From: Hypanus sabinus
Taxonomy: Eukaryota
Length of the DNA: 64,000 nt
Assembly (NCBI RefSeq): GCF_030144855.1
Contig: NC_082710.1
Location: 119,164,001 to 119,228,000 of the forward strand
Reading direction: 5' to 3'
The notes below the pieces were generated by a model, which was not told the origin of the DNA, did not search any database, and was given only the letters and a program-made list of their open reading frames with translations. Shown here piece after piece: positions 50,086-62,400 of this stretch (the stretch's first letter is position 1; every line of letters starts with the position of its first letter). The position numbers and the translations under genes were made by a program.

Positions 50086-51623
50086 TAAGGGTAGCAGAGT
50101 GCAGATAACACCTCTATCAAAGGAGGTATAAGATGTTCCTTCTCTAGTCTGGAGACCATGATCTCCCACATCATACAATATGGCACTTAATGATGATGAT
50201 GAGATATGCTACCATGTACCCCGGATAGCCGTATCATCCCATAACAAGCCACAGGTAGCCTGGATGCTGCATATCCAGGGAGCTTAGGGTCCAGGGAATG
50301 CCCACTTCATGACATGATTTAGTGTGGATATCATTGTCCCGGGATACTGCTCCTGCTTACTCACTCTATGCCCCACTGACTGGTTGGACTTGTGCTCATA
50401 AGAACATAAGAAATAGGAGTAGACTACCTGGCCCGTTAAGCCTGCTCCACCATTCAATAAGATCATGGCTGATCTGACCAAGGACTCATTTCCACCTACC
50501 TGGCTTTTCCCCATAACCTTTAAATCCCCTACAATGCAAAAATCTATCCAACCTTATCAAACCATCTGTACCAGCACTCCTTCCCCTTCCCTGTTGGCAG
50601 AGAGATTCCTCTCTGAGTCGAGACCTTGGGATTAGACAAATTATAAGAAGAGAGATACAAGCTCTTAAAACACTTACTCCACCAGAGATACCAAGTCTCC
50701 AGTTCTTTAAGGTCATTCCCATTCTATGGGGTGAGGTTAATTGAAAAGGACTACTTCTTCCCGACTGCCTCCAAAACAGAATGCCGAAGACAGAGCAGCT
50801 GACCAAGTTCCTCCAACAGTGCTGTACTTTGTTAAAGGGGATTGATATCAGCGACATTCATTCTGCAGCATGGAATGACAGCCTCATGCAGACCCAACAG
50901 CCTAAAGCATTGGTATAGTTCGAATACTCATACACCATACACAGGAATGTGTAGTCAGGTCTCACACCGACCACTATCATTGCCATTGCCGTTAGCATCA
51001 AGCACATTGCCATTCTGTAATGTAGGGAGAGATAAACTCACTCATTCCTGATTAGTCACTGGGTATATCAGCAGACTATCCCCGTATCTCAGTAACACCA
51101 CCCATCACGTATTCCCAGATCTGTGCGCCACAATCTCCCTCAATCTCTGGTGGCCCCCATTTCCCCTCTATTTCCACCTCTTCCACCTTTGGAGAATCTG
51201 ACACTATCAAGGGTTAGAACACTGGGGACTGGGGACACTGGGAGTTCAGGTTGTCCACTGCCTGCTGCAGCACACTCAGCTACCTCTGAAAGCTGTGGCT
51301 GGGAGTCAATAACTTAATCTGCTGATTCAACAACACTTTCATGCACTCGATCAGCCCTGCCGCCTGTGGGTTGGAGGAGATGTAGAACACCCACAGAATG
51401 CTGGACTCCGTAGCCCGCTCATGGACTTTGGCCCTTGAAAAATGTGAACTATTGTCCGATTAGATCTTCCAAGGAATCCCATACGTAGGGATCCAAACCT
51501 TTTATTGTGCTTTCCTGGTCAACACGGCTGCATGACTCTGCCACTGCAGCCCTGAATACGTGTCCACCATTGTGAGCACATATTGTTTCTTATTCTGTGG
51601 AAGCAGAGGCCCCACATAATATA

Positions 51624-52173
51624 CAGGTGTGTGCCACTTAACATCCATTCGGACAATGTCCGATCGCATATACGTCTGTAGTCCCAATCGGAGAACGTGA
51701 GAAAGCAGACGTAACCAATCTCATGTATTGCGCGTCCCTTGAGTGTAGTAGTGTCATCTCTCTGTTTAATCTTCTTTCGAAAATATTACCATAAAGTGCA
51801 TCATGGCTTCCAAATGCAGACAAACCACTCCTAGTGATAGCAGCAGCAAAAGGCAAAGGAAAAGTATTGATTTGGAAGTGAAACAAAAGGTTATTAAATA
51901 ATATGAAGGTGGAAAACCAGTGAATGCTATTGCTTGTGATTTAGGCATGTTGCACTCGACAATCACGACGATCCTGAAAAACGAAGAAAAAATTCTTGAA
52001 GCTGTTAAAGGATCAACTTTACTGAAGACCACAAGTCTCATGAAAATGCGAGAGGGACCTATATCGGATATTGAGAAGTTGCTGAGTATATAATATGGTA
52101 TTCACACAACCTCCAAATCACATAATGTCCGATTTCACAGAATGTATTGTGGACGTTAAGGGACGCATACCTG
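51624..52173 (+). mobile_element. Tigger-like (pogo) non-autonomous element inserted in the ERV integrase
   Basis: TIRs CAGGT(G/A)TG..CTTAAC.TCC; TA TSD; HTH MASK..KRQRKSIDLEVKQKVIK*YEGGK..IACDLGM..STITTILKN from 51803. Confidence 0.9.
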
Positions 52174-55100
52174 TACTTGCCATACCTGACCAGCCCCTGT
52201 CCCTGAGGACTCTCTGGCCATCAATCTGGGTTTAACTGCTAGCAGGTAGGACAGCTCCCAGCCTCTGTCCTGATCTCATCAAACATCAACACCACCTCTC
52301 AAGCCTCTGCCTATTTCCTTGTTCTTTCTCCCCTTAATTGCCCATTCTTCTGGTGTGCCCATAAAGCTAGGCACCCACCGTCCTTCTGCTCGGAAAACAC
52401 TGTGGCTGTGCTAATTTGCACTAATCAGTCGACAGCAGCGTAATAGAAAAGAGCATTATATTATCCTCCATATCCTGAGAGGTGTGGGTATCTACATGTT
52501 AGACAGTGACTGTGCGTTGATGTGCATTCTCAATAACAGCACTCCCAGAGGGGTCAACCATGCCTGTGCCACCCTGAAGGTAAAACAACCCTTACTTGTC
52601 TGCAGGGATCTTGCATTTAGCACATCCATGCCCAGAGTGCACTCAGAGGAGGCTGCCACCAAGAGAGACTTGGGTGTGGGCTGTCCTGAACCAATGGCTA
52701 CCTGCAAGTGAAGCTCTGGGGAGGAGAGAAGTGAGCCCTCAAACCCCTAATGGTAGCCCGGGGATTCTGCCGGCTATCGGGTTACTTGGAAAGATAGTGT
52801 GCTTGGCACTGGTGGACACCAGTACTGTCCATTACTACACATACCCTTCCCCCAAAGCACCGTAGTGTCTATGTAAAGTCTCAAATCCCCTGACTGGAAA
52901 AGAGCTGCTGAGCATATCTACCGGGAGCCCTGACCCCATCCCATGAGTGGGCTGGAAGGGATGTCACTCACCAGCTGACACCTGCTGCTGCTGAAATTCC
53001 ACCACAATCCTTTGCAGAGCACCCCACGGGGGTGGGGGGGGGGGGGGTTTAAGGAGCCCTGAGGGGAATGTAAAGGGTCCTGCAGAGGACAGAAAGAGTT
53101 CTCAGAGCGGGAAGGGGCTAGTAGAGTGAAGCTTCTCCTTTAAGGGTCTAATTGCCTGTTCCCCTGGCAGTTCTTCCTCCACAAGGTACAGAGAGAGGGT
53201 GGGAGTGGGAACTGCCATCTACCAGTCCCTTGCTTTTCTTTATGGGACACGTGGGGGCCTCCACCTCGAGGCTGCTTGTCTAAATGGTGCACCTGACCAT
53301 GGGGACTTCCTTCTACCTACTCTAACTCTTCCATTGTGGCATCTATGGTGCCCCCTATTGCTGGTCCCAATGAGGACAGCCCCTCTCCATTTAAACCTGG
53401 AACAGCTGCTTTAACTAAATACCCCACCATGGTCAAGGCTAAGGAATGATCCTCTAATGGGATGCCACTGTAGTAATGGATCCCTCTGTCCAGAGCCCAT
53501 CAGAGAGGAGCCTTGATCCCTTCCACCACTTCCACCAGTCCCCCAGGGGCTGAAAATCTCATTCAAAGAGTGAAAGATAACCAATTTTTACCTCCACTGT
53601 TATTTTGCCCCAATACGATTTATCAACCCATAGAAAGTGGGTGGTCATTGTTAATCATGTATTAGAATGACAGCACCCTCCCCCAAGGACACCCAGATTC
53701 TTGTTAGATAAACTCACTCCAGCAGCACCCCCACCCCGCATCCCAGATCCACAACAACTGCATGGTCGGTCAGAGGCTCCCCTGGTTTCTGCCTATACCT
53801 GACTCGGCAGTCTGTTCACGGAGAACTCTCTGATGGTCGTCTTCTCAGTCAGATCCACTGTGTTGTCCTCCCAGATCCCTCTCCCTCACGACATTCCTCT
53901 CCCACAGCCTGCTGCTCTCCCTCACCCTGTTCCATGTAGGATGGAGGGGCTATGTGCTGGCGGCCCTCTAGGTAACTCTTAGACCACTTGCCCTCTGGCC
54001 CGGCTACAGGGGGCAGGGTTCTCACTGAGCGGGGAATCCCCCAAGTTTGTTTTCTAACGTCTCATCCTCATCCACTCTACCTTACCAAATTTCACCAGCT
54101 CCCATCCAAATGTCGGGGTCACCCCCCCCCCCTCCTCAATATTAGAGCTCAGGCTTTAATGGGGTCTGGTCACCAGTTAGCACTGCAGACAGCCTCTAAC
54201 CGCACACATTTATTAACTGACGAGCCAGCTCTGTACCTATCCTCTAACTCTTTAGCTCGAGTCTGTGCTGACCACACAGACTCCCCCACAGAAAAACATT
54301 ACTGGCTTAGCACTACCACTTCATTTCTCAAACTGTATATCTCTTCTTCCTTCTGTCTCATAATGCTGCTATGCTGTGGCTGCTGGCAGCTAGAGAGCAC
54401 AACCCTGGCTTCCCTTGCTCCTGGGGAATCCTACCTCATCAACTAAGAACACAATATAGTCTCCCATCTTCACTGTCTGACTGTCTGTGGGCATCCCATA
54501 GTCCACCAAAAGGGTGGAGAGACTCCCAAATTCCATAATGCAGTCATTCTAGCCCAATACTCAGCGCTCCACACAAGAGAATTTTTCCACTCCTATTTTT
54601 CCTTCTAAAGATATTCCTGTTCTGTTCAGTCTTTGAACCCTGCCAAATGTTGTGTAAAATCAGGCTCACGGGTTCAATTAGTGGGAACAGAAGACACTCA
54701 AGGCTAACAATTTATTTGTAGGACAAGACAGGCACGAAACATTCAGTAAACCTTTCAAGATGCATTCAGTTTTAAATACTTATTTAAACTGATTGCCCAA
54801 AGTGGCAGAACAAAACAGGCACTAAACATACATGCTGTGTCAAATGCTCATTTAAATTGGGAGCCTGGACCCTCTTTACAACAGCACACCTCCGCTGTTT
54901 AGTTTCCACAGCGTCAGCTGCCTGTGGGGGTGTGGAGCAAACGAGAATGTGTGGTTGTCACACACTAGATTTAAACTCTGCTGGCACCTTGATGTCATCA
55001 GCTAAACAGCAACCAGTGATAGGGGTTGTAATGCTCCTTACATTAGCCATTCTCCACCTCCCATAGGAGAGCGGCTTCAGATGACCAAGTAAGTTTGACA

Positions 55101-55809
55101 CTGATTGCAACACTCCCATGGAGTGTAAAGTTCGACAGCAGTGAGCTGTGTATCATCTCTCCTACTCATCTGTCAAATCAAAATGATAGCCATCTGAGCT
55201 GTCTTAGCAGCATTGTTGTGTTGACTTCTTTATCCATCACAATGTTCCTGAAAGATTTACCTCGGGTGTCTGCAGACCAGTACTCACCATCATTATCTAA
55301 CTTTGTATGAAGTGTGTTTGTGTTTTTTTTTATCTTCATCTGCAGCTTTGTTTTGCTCTTGCAGATGTGAAGATGAGAAATCCCCTCAAAACTTATCAAT
55401 AAGATCCAAGGGCAAAGCACACAGAATTCTGGAGGAAATCAGCAGGTCAGGCAGCACATATGGAGATGAATGTTTTGGGCCGAGATCCTTCTTCAGGACT
55501 GAAAAGGAAGGGGAAAGATGGCAGAATAAAAAAAGCGAAGGGAGGGGAGGGGTCTTACTGGAAGATAATAGATGATTTGATAGGTCTTCTGTGCCAAGAT
55601 AAGGCCTTCTTCAAGATGAAGGAGCAACATCTTATATTCCATCTGAGTAGCCTCCAACCTGATGGCATAAATATCATTTTCTCCTTCCAGTAAAAGAACT
55701 GCCTCCCCATCTCCTCTATTCCCCACATTGACCTTTTACCTCTCTCACCTGCCTAATACTTCCCCTGGATTCCCTCCTCCTTCCCTTTTTCCTGTTCCCA
55801 CTCTCCTCC

Positions 55810-57058
55810 AAGACCTTGGCCTCAATGCCTCCTTGTGCATTTAGATCCTCGATTTCCTCACTTGAAGGCCCCAGTCAGATTGGATTGGTAACAACCTTCC
55901 TCCATGATCTCCATCAGCACAGGTGCGCCGCTGGGCTGTGTGCTTGGCCCCCTGCTCTAGTGGCTTTACACTTATGGCTGTACGGCTAAGCATAGCTCCA
56001 ATGCCATTTTCAAGTTTGCTGGTCACATCACTTCTGAATCAAAGCCGATGATAAAAGAGCATGTGCGAGGGAGATTGAAAATCTGGCTAAAGTGGTACCA
56101 TAACAACAACCTCTTTTTCATTGTCTGCAAGACCAAGCAGCTGATCGCTGAGTTCAGATGAAGGAAACCAGTGATCAGTCAGCCAGTCCTCATCAGAGGA
56201 TCAGAGGTGGAGAGGGTCAGCAACTTTGAATCCCTTGGGGTTATTATATCAGATGACCTGTTCTGGGCCTCCACATACATGCAATTACAAGAAAGCACAG
56301 CAGCACCTCTACTTCCTTCGAAACTTGCAGAAATCCGGCATGACATCCAATACTTTGACCATCTTCGATAGATGTGTAGCGGAGAGTATATTGACTGGCT
56401 GCATCACAGCCCAGTATGGACACACCAAAATGCTTGAATGGAAAATGCTACAAAAAGTAGTAGTTACGGCCCAGTCCTCAACAGGAAAAGTCCTCCCCAC
56501 CATTGAGCACATCTACAGGAAATGCTGTTGCTTGAAAGCAGCATCTATCATCAGGGACCTCCACCATCCAGATCATGCTCTCTTTTCACTGCTGCTATCA
56601 GGAAGAAGGTACAGGAGCCTCAGGACTTACACCAACAGGTCCAGCTGATTACAGCTCAGCCATCAGGGTCTTGAATAAAAGGAAATAAGTACACACACTT
56701 GCACCACTATTGAAATGTTCCCACAACCATTGATCTGACCTTAAGGAATATTTATCTCATTGTCTCATGTACTTGTTGTTTATTGCTAATTATTTATATC
56801 TGCGCTTGCACGGTTTATCTTCCGTACTCTGGTTGATCTTTCATTGATCCTGTTGTAGTTACTATTTTGTAGATTTGCTGAGTATGCCTGCAAGAGAATG
56901 AATCTCAAGGTTGTATCTCGTAACATATATGCACTTTGATAATAAAATTTACTTTGAACTTTGAACTTGGAGTGTGCCCACAATAAAATAAATCTCAGGG
57001 TTGTATATCGTGACATATACATATTTTGATAATACAGTTACTTTGAATTTTGAACTTT
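55810..57058 (+). mobile_element. Rex/Babar LINE 3' part with tandemly duplicated terminal ~85 nt
   Basis: KKAQQHLYFLRNL..ESILTGCITAQYG..KAASIIRDLHHP..SGRRYRSL; two (TTTGAAC)n tails. Confidence 0.88.
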
Positions 57059-59409
57059 GGAAGCTGCCACCTGTGGTGAGATAAAAGACACAATTTGGAT
57101 GATCGGGAGATGAGATAGAGAGAAGTATGTGCAGGTAATGTGGGGAAGGGAAGAGTAGCAGAGAGAAGATAGGATGGAGTATAATGTGTAGTGAAGCTGT
57201 AACTGCTGTAATTGTGACCAGAGGTTAAAAGAACAATTTTTCCTTACCTAGACAACTCCAGTGAGTTCATTAAGCATGCTCTACTGAACATAAGCTCTTA
57301 TAATTAACCCCAGAGGCCTCTTTGCAAAAACTGTGAGATTATTGATTGCAAGGAGCATTTCTATATCGAGGAGTTATCAATTTTATCATCTTTTCTTGAG
57401 ATTTAATATCAATATTTCTAATTCTTTTCGGCAACTGAGCTGCATTTCTCTATTTCCACTTTGAGGTTCCTCTGGTGTGGGTGCTCTATCCCCTTTAATA
57501 TGTCAGCTTTGTCTTTAGGTGATTTCAGAAAAGCACAATCCCACCATTTCAGCTCAGAAAAAAAATGGTAAACCACAGTATAATGAAGGCACCCTGCTCT
57601 TTTGGTTATGATTGCAACTCCAATTAGCAACTGCAGTTAGATGTGACCCCAGTGAATGCACTGATCATGGCCTCACACAAATACTCAGCTCTTGTGGTTG
57701 CAACTCTACAGGCTGCTTATATTCATTCAAGCTGATTAATGCTGATCATTTTGGCAGAGAATGTCTTAACTCTCAAGCTCCAAAGCTCTTAAGCTTAAAT
57801 GTGCAGAGGCGTCAATCCATCCTGTGCATGATACCTTGAATTTGGTAGTTGCCCTAGTCAGCTCTGTCTCTGGCATCAGAACGCACAGAAAAAATAGGAA
57901 CTGAATCTCTTAAGTTCATATTATGTTTGGTGAATATATATGCAGTATAATTCTTTCTATCACAATTAATAGAAATGTCTTGTAGAAATCTAACTTATAT
58001 GAACAAATAAAAATGTTTCAAATTACCCTTCTCTGTATATTTAAGGGTAAAATTAAAAGAAAATTAATTCAAGAACTGTTTTTAAAATCAGTTGCATTAC
58101 CTTAGAAAATACAAATTAATTTTCATTACCAATTGCTCCATATTTGGCTATTTGCTTTCTACATGACTAAATTTAGATTCATTTTTCTCTGAGCTTATTA
58201 TCTTTAGCCAGATTAAGAGAGAGATGCACTTATGCTTTCTTGTGAAGTGCTTTTGTGCTATTTTTAAAATGTTGTTACATTCTTGACTTTCTAATATTGA
58301 AAATCAATTAGGTGAAGAACTGGATTTCTGACAAGTGGCTGTTAATCTAGTAAGTATTGCTGGAATATCTGTACAATGTGACTTAATTGGATTTTATTTG
58401 TTAACTAATAGACCTGCTAACTTTTATTTTGAAATTCAGTTAGAGCATGTAATGTGAAGGGTCACTTGCTGGTCAAAAGTCGTTTCCACTGTGCCGATAA
58501 TTGATTGGCTCATTCGAGGGATGCAGCAGCTCTTTCCCATTGGTTACATTGTGCACCATGACACTGGCTTCTGGTTCCGGCTCCTCAAGGTATAAGAGTA
58601 GCGCTTGTGAGAGTCTCGTTCTGTTTCCTTTGTCTCCAGGGGCCCATCTTCACAATGAGGTCATGACCAGCATGCTGATATAGGTGGGCCCATGCACACA
58701 CTTAGCTAAATAACTGTTAGTTGAAGTTTAGTTTTGTAGTTACAGTATGTAACATGGAAAGACTTGACAAATTACCTATTGCTGAATGTTTCTTGTCATA
58801 GTTTTTGTAGGGGTGGCTTTGATAAGAACTTGTTTGAGTTAGATGTTTGCTTGAGTGCTTTACTGTTTGTCTGTAAAGAACTGATTTAAGTGCTTAATCA
58901 TAATCAGTGTCTTCTGTTCCACTCACTGGCTCCTCAAACCTGTTTCTCTGTAACAGACCACAACAAGAAGGCAGCCATTTTTGTTTTCTGCAGAGTTTTT
59001 CAGTCAGACTGAAGTAAATGTACATAATCCTGTGCCATCTTTCTTTTGTATGTGCCATAGAAATCATCATCCGTAAGTGTTGTTTTAGTTGGAACACAGA
59101 ACATTGCAGCACACGAACAGGTCCTTTGACCCACAACAATATGCCAAACCAGATCAAAAGTAAATGAAAAACAACTTAAAAACTAATCCTTCCTGGATAT
59201 AGAATGTCTAAAACCTATCCCCCCCACCCATCTTCCTTACATTCATGTGCCTATCTAAACATCTCTTAAAGTCTCTAATGTATTTGCCTCTACCACTATA
59301 CCTTGGACGTCAGCTACAACATTGAGTTATGTCATCTGCAGAAATCCTCTGATAACTCAGCTATAGTTAGGTGTATAAAGGGAGCACAGTAGGGAGAATA
59401 CAGGGCCCC

Positions 59410-62400
59410 GTGGAGGACTTTGTTAAATAGTGCAAACTGGATCATCTGCAGCTCAACAGCAAGCACATTTAATAGAGCTGTTAGGGAGGGTTTAAACTAA
59501 TTTGGCACGGGGATGGGAACCAGAGTGATAGGGCTGAGGAAGGAGAAAACAGAAATAAATCAAAGGGAGTATGCAACAGAGATTACAGAGGGAACAGGCA
59601 GGAGATGAGACTTAATCAAAGCCAGTGGCATGAGTTACAGGGCAATAGAGGCATGGTGCAGTTAAAACAGAAAGCAACCAATACTGGACTGAGAGTGTTG
59701 TATTTGAATGCATGCAGCATAAAGAATAAAATGGACAATATTGAAATTCAGCTACAGATTGGCAAATATATGTATGATGTAGTGGCTATTTCTGAAACTT
59801 GGCTAAAGGATGGCTGCCATTGGGAGCTAACATCCAAGGATATGTTGTATATTGGAAAGATAGGTTAGTAGATAGAGGGGGTGGTGTGGCTCTGTGTATA
59901 AGAAATAATATTAAATCATTGGAAAGAGATGACATAGGATTGGTAGGTGTAGAGTCTCTATGGGTTGAGTTAAGAAATAGCAAGGGTAAAAGGACCCTAA
60001 TGGCATTCGTATACAGGTCTCCAAACTGCAGCTGGGAGTTGATTACAAATTACAGCAGGAGACAGGAAAAGTGTGTCAGAAAGGCAATGTCATGATATCC
60101 GTTGGGGATTTTAACATGAAAGTGGATTGGGAAAAACAGGTCAGTACTGGACCTCGAGAGAGAGAATTTTTAGAATGTTTAAGGGATGGTTTTTTAGAAC
60201 AGCTTGTTGTTGAGCCCACTAGAGGATTGGTTGTGCTGGATTGGGTGTTGTGCAATGATAAGAGTTGATAAGACAGCTTAAGGTTAAGGAACCCTTATGG
60301 GACAGTGATCACAATATGACTGAGTTCACATTGAAATTTGAGAGGGAAAAAATAAAATCCAATGTGTCGGTATTTCAGTGAAATAAAGGAAATTGCAATG
60401 GCATGAGAGGGGAACTGGACGAAGTTGACTGGAAAGGGACATTTGCAGAAAAGACAGCAGAGCAGCAATGGCTGGAGTTTTTGCGAAAAATGAGGGAAGT
60501 ACAAGACAGATTAATTCCAAATAAGAAGAAATTTTCAAAGGGAAGAAAGACTCTAACGTGGCTAACAAATGACGGCAGAGCCAAAGTAAAAGCAAAAGAG
60601 AGGGCATACAAGGAAGCCAGAACTAGTGGGATGATAGTGGATTGGGGAGCTTTTATAAACTTGCAGAAGGAAACTAGGAAGGTCTTTCAGAAGGAAAAGA
60701 TGAATTATCAGAAGAAGCTGGTCACTAATATCAAAGAAGATACTAAAAGCTTTTTTTTAAGTATATAAAGGGTAAAAGAGAGTCGAGGGTAGCTGTAGAA
60801 CCAATACAAAATGATGCTGGAGATATTGCACTGAGAGATGTAGAGTTGACAGAGGAACTGATTGTATACTTTGCATCAGACTTCACAGTGGAAGAAGTCT
60901 GCAGTGTACCGGACATTTAAGATTGTCAGGGAAGTGAAGTTTTTGCAGTGAAAATTACAACTGAGAAGGTGCTCTGGAAGCTTAATGGTCTGAGGGTTGC
61001 TAAATCTCAAGGACCTTATGGAATGCACCCTCAGGTTCTGAAGCTTCTGGAGAGATTGCAGAGGCATTAATGTTAATCTTTCAAGAATCGATAGATTCTG
61101 GCATTGTACCAGATGACTGCAAAATTGCAAATGTTACTCCGCTATTTAAGAAGGGTGGGAGGCAGCAGAAAGGATACTATAGACCTGTTAGCCTGACATC
61201 AGTGGTTGGGAAGTTGTTAGAATCAATTGTTAGGGATGAGATTGTGGAGTACCTGGAGGCACATGACAAGATAGGCCAAAGCCAGTATTCTTCCTGTAAG
61301 GAAAATCCTGCCTGACACACCTACCACAATTTTTTGAGGAAATTACAAGCAGCGCAGACAAAGGAAATACAGTAGATGTGGTGTACTTGGATTTTCAGAA
61401 GGCCATTGACAATGTGCCACACGTGAGGCTGATTAGCAAGATAAGAGCCCATAGAATTACAGGGAAGTTACTAGCATGGGTGGAGCATTGGCTGGTCAGC
61501 AGAAAACAGAGAGTGGGAATAAAGGGATCCTATTCTGGCTGGCTGCCAGTTACCAGTGGAGTTCCACAGGGGTCGGTGTTGGGACCGCTACTTTTTATGA
61601 TGTATGTCAATGATTTGAACTATGGTATTAATGGATTTGTTGCTAAATTTGCCAATGATACAAAGATAGGAAGAGGAGCATGTAGTGTTGAGGAAACAGA
61701 GAGCCTGCAGAGAGACTCGGGTGGTTTAGGGAAATGGGCAAAGAAGTGACAAATGAAATGCAATGTTGGGAAGTGTATAGTCATGCATCTTGGTGGAAGA
61801 AATAAATGGGTAGACTATTATTTAGATGGGGAGAGAACTCAAAATGCAGAGATGCAAAGGGACCTGGGAGTCCTTGTGCAAGATACCCTAAAGGTTAACC
61901 TCCAGGTTGAGTTGGTTGTGAAGAAGGCAAATGCAATGTTGGCATTCATTTCTAGAAGTATGGAATATAAGAGCAGGAATGTGATGTTGACGCTCTATAA
62001 GGCACTCGTGAGACCACGCTTGGAGTATTGTGTGCAGTTTTGGGATCCTTATTTTCAGAAAGGATACACTGACATTGGAGAAGGTTCAGAGAAGATTCAC
62101 GAGAATGATGCCAGGAAAGAAAGGGTTACCATATGAGGAACGTTTGGCAGCTCTTGAGCTGTATTCCTTGGAGTTCAGGAGAATGGGGGGTGGGGGGGTG
62201 GGGAGGGAGGATCTCATAGAAACATTCAGAACGTTAAAAGGCCTGAACCGATTAGATATGGCAAAGTTATTTCCCATGGTAGGGGATTCCTGGAAAAGAG
62301 GGTTTGTCTTCAGGATTGAAGGACGTCCTTTTTGAACTGAGATGCAGAGAAATTACTTCAGTCAGAGGGTGGTAAATCTGTGGAATTTATTGCCACGAGT

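Larger units (their letters stand above)
49002..55112 (-). mobile_element. Class III (ERV-L/S-like) provirus with two LTRs: gag, pro, RT deleted, RNase H end, integrase, env
   Basis: Diverged direct repeats 49002-49482 and 54648-55112; TSD CTTCC/CTCCC; PPT GAGGGGTGGAG (49483-49493). Pro GDLRLYI..VLVSTSA..ECTLGMDVL..LQT; IN WQV/YVGPL..YVLTMVDTYSG..SDN..NPQAAGLIE; Env TM. Confidence 0.88.
10147..59008 (-). pseudogene. Putative large multi-exon non-processed pseudogene of unknown identity (about 20 exon-like islands)
   Basis: Non-repeat islands are bounded on minus by polypyrimidine-AG acceptors and/or GT(A/G)AG donors. Examples: 58927-59008, 48759-48924 (open), 33036-33207 (three TGA), 31304-31475, 13512-13716 (open, donor ATAAGC). 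The frame is not always resolvable, and more than one gene is possible. Confidence 0.55.

Noticed and set aside
52596-52865. Plus-strand ORF with ALVDTS as an independent protease
   Set aside because: Artefact of the palindromic active-site codons; the flanking protease motifs are on the minus strand.
53988-54446. 152-aa plus-strand ORF (also 636..1016 and 47577..48017) as host genes
   Set aside because: Antisense to ERV/Gypsy gag or made of low-complexity repeat sequence; no recognisable domain.
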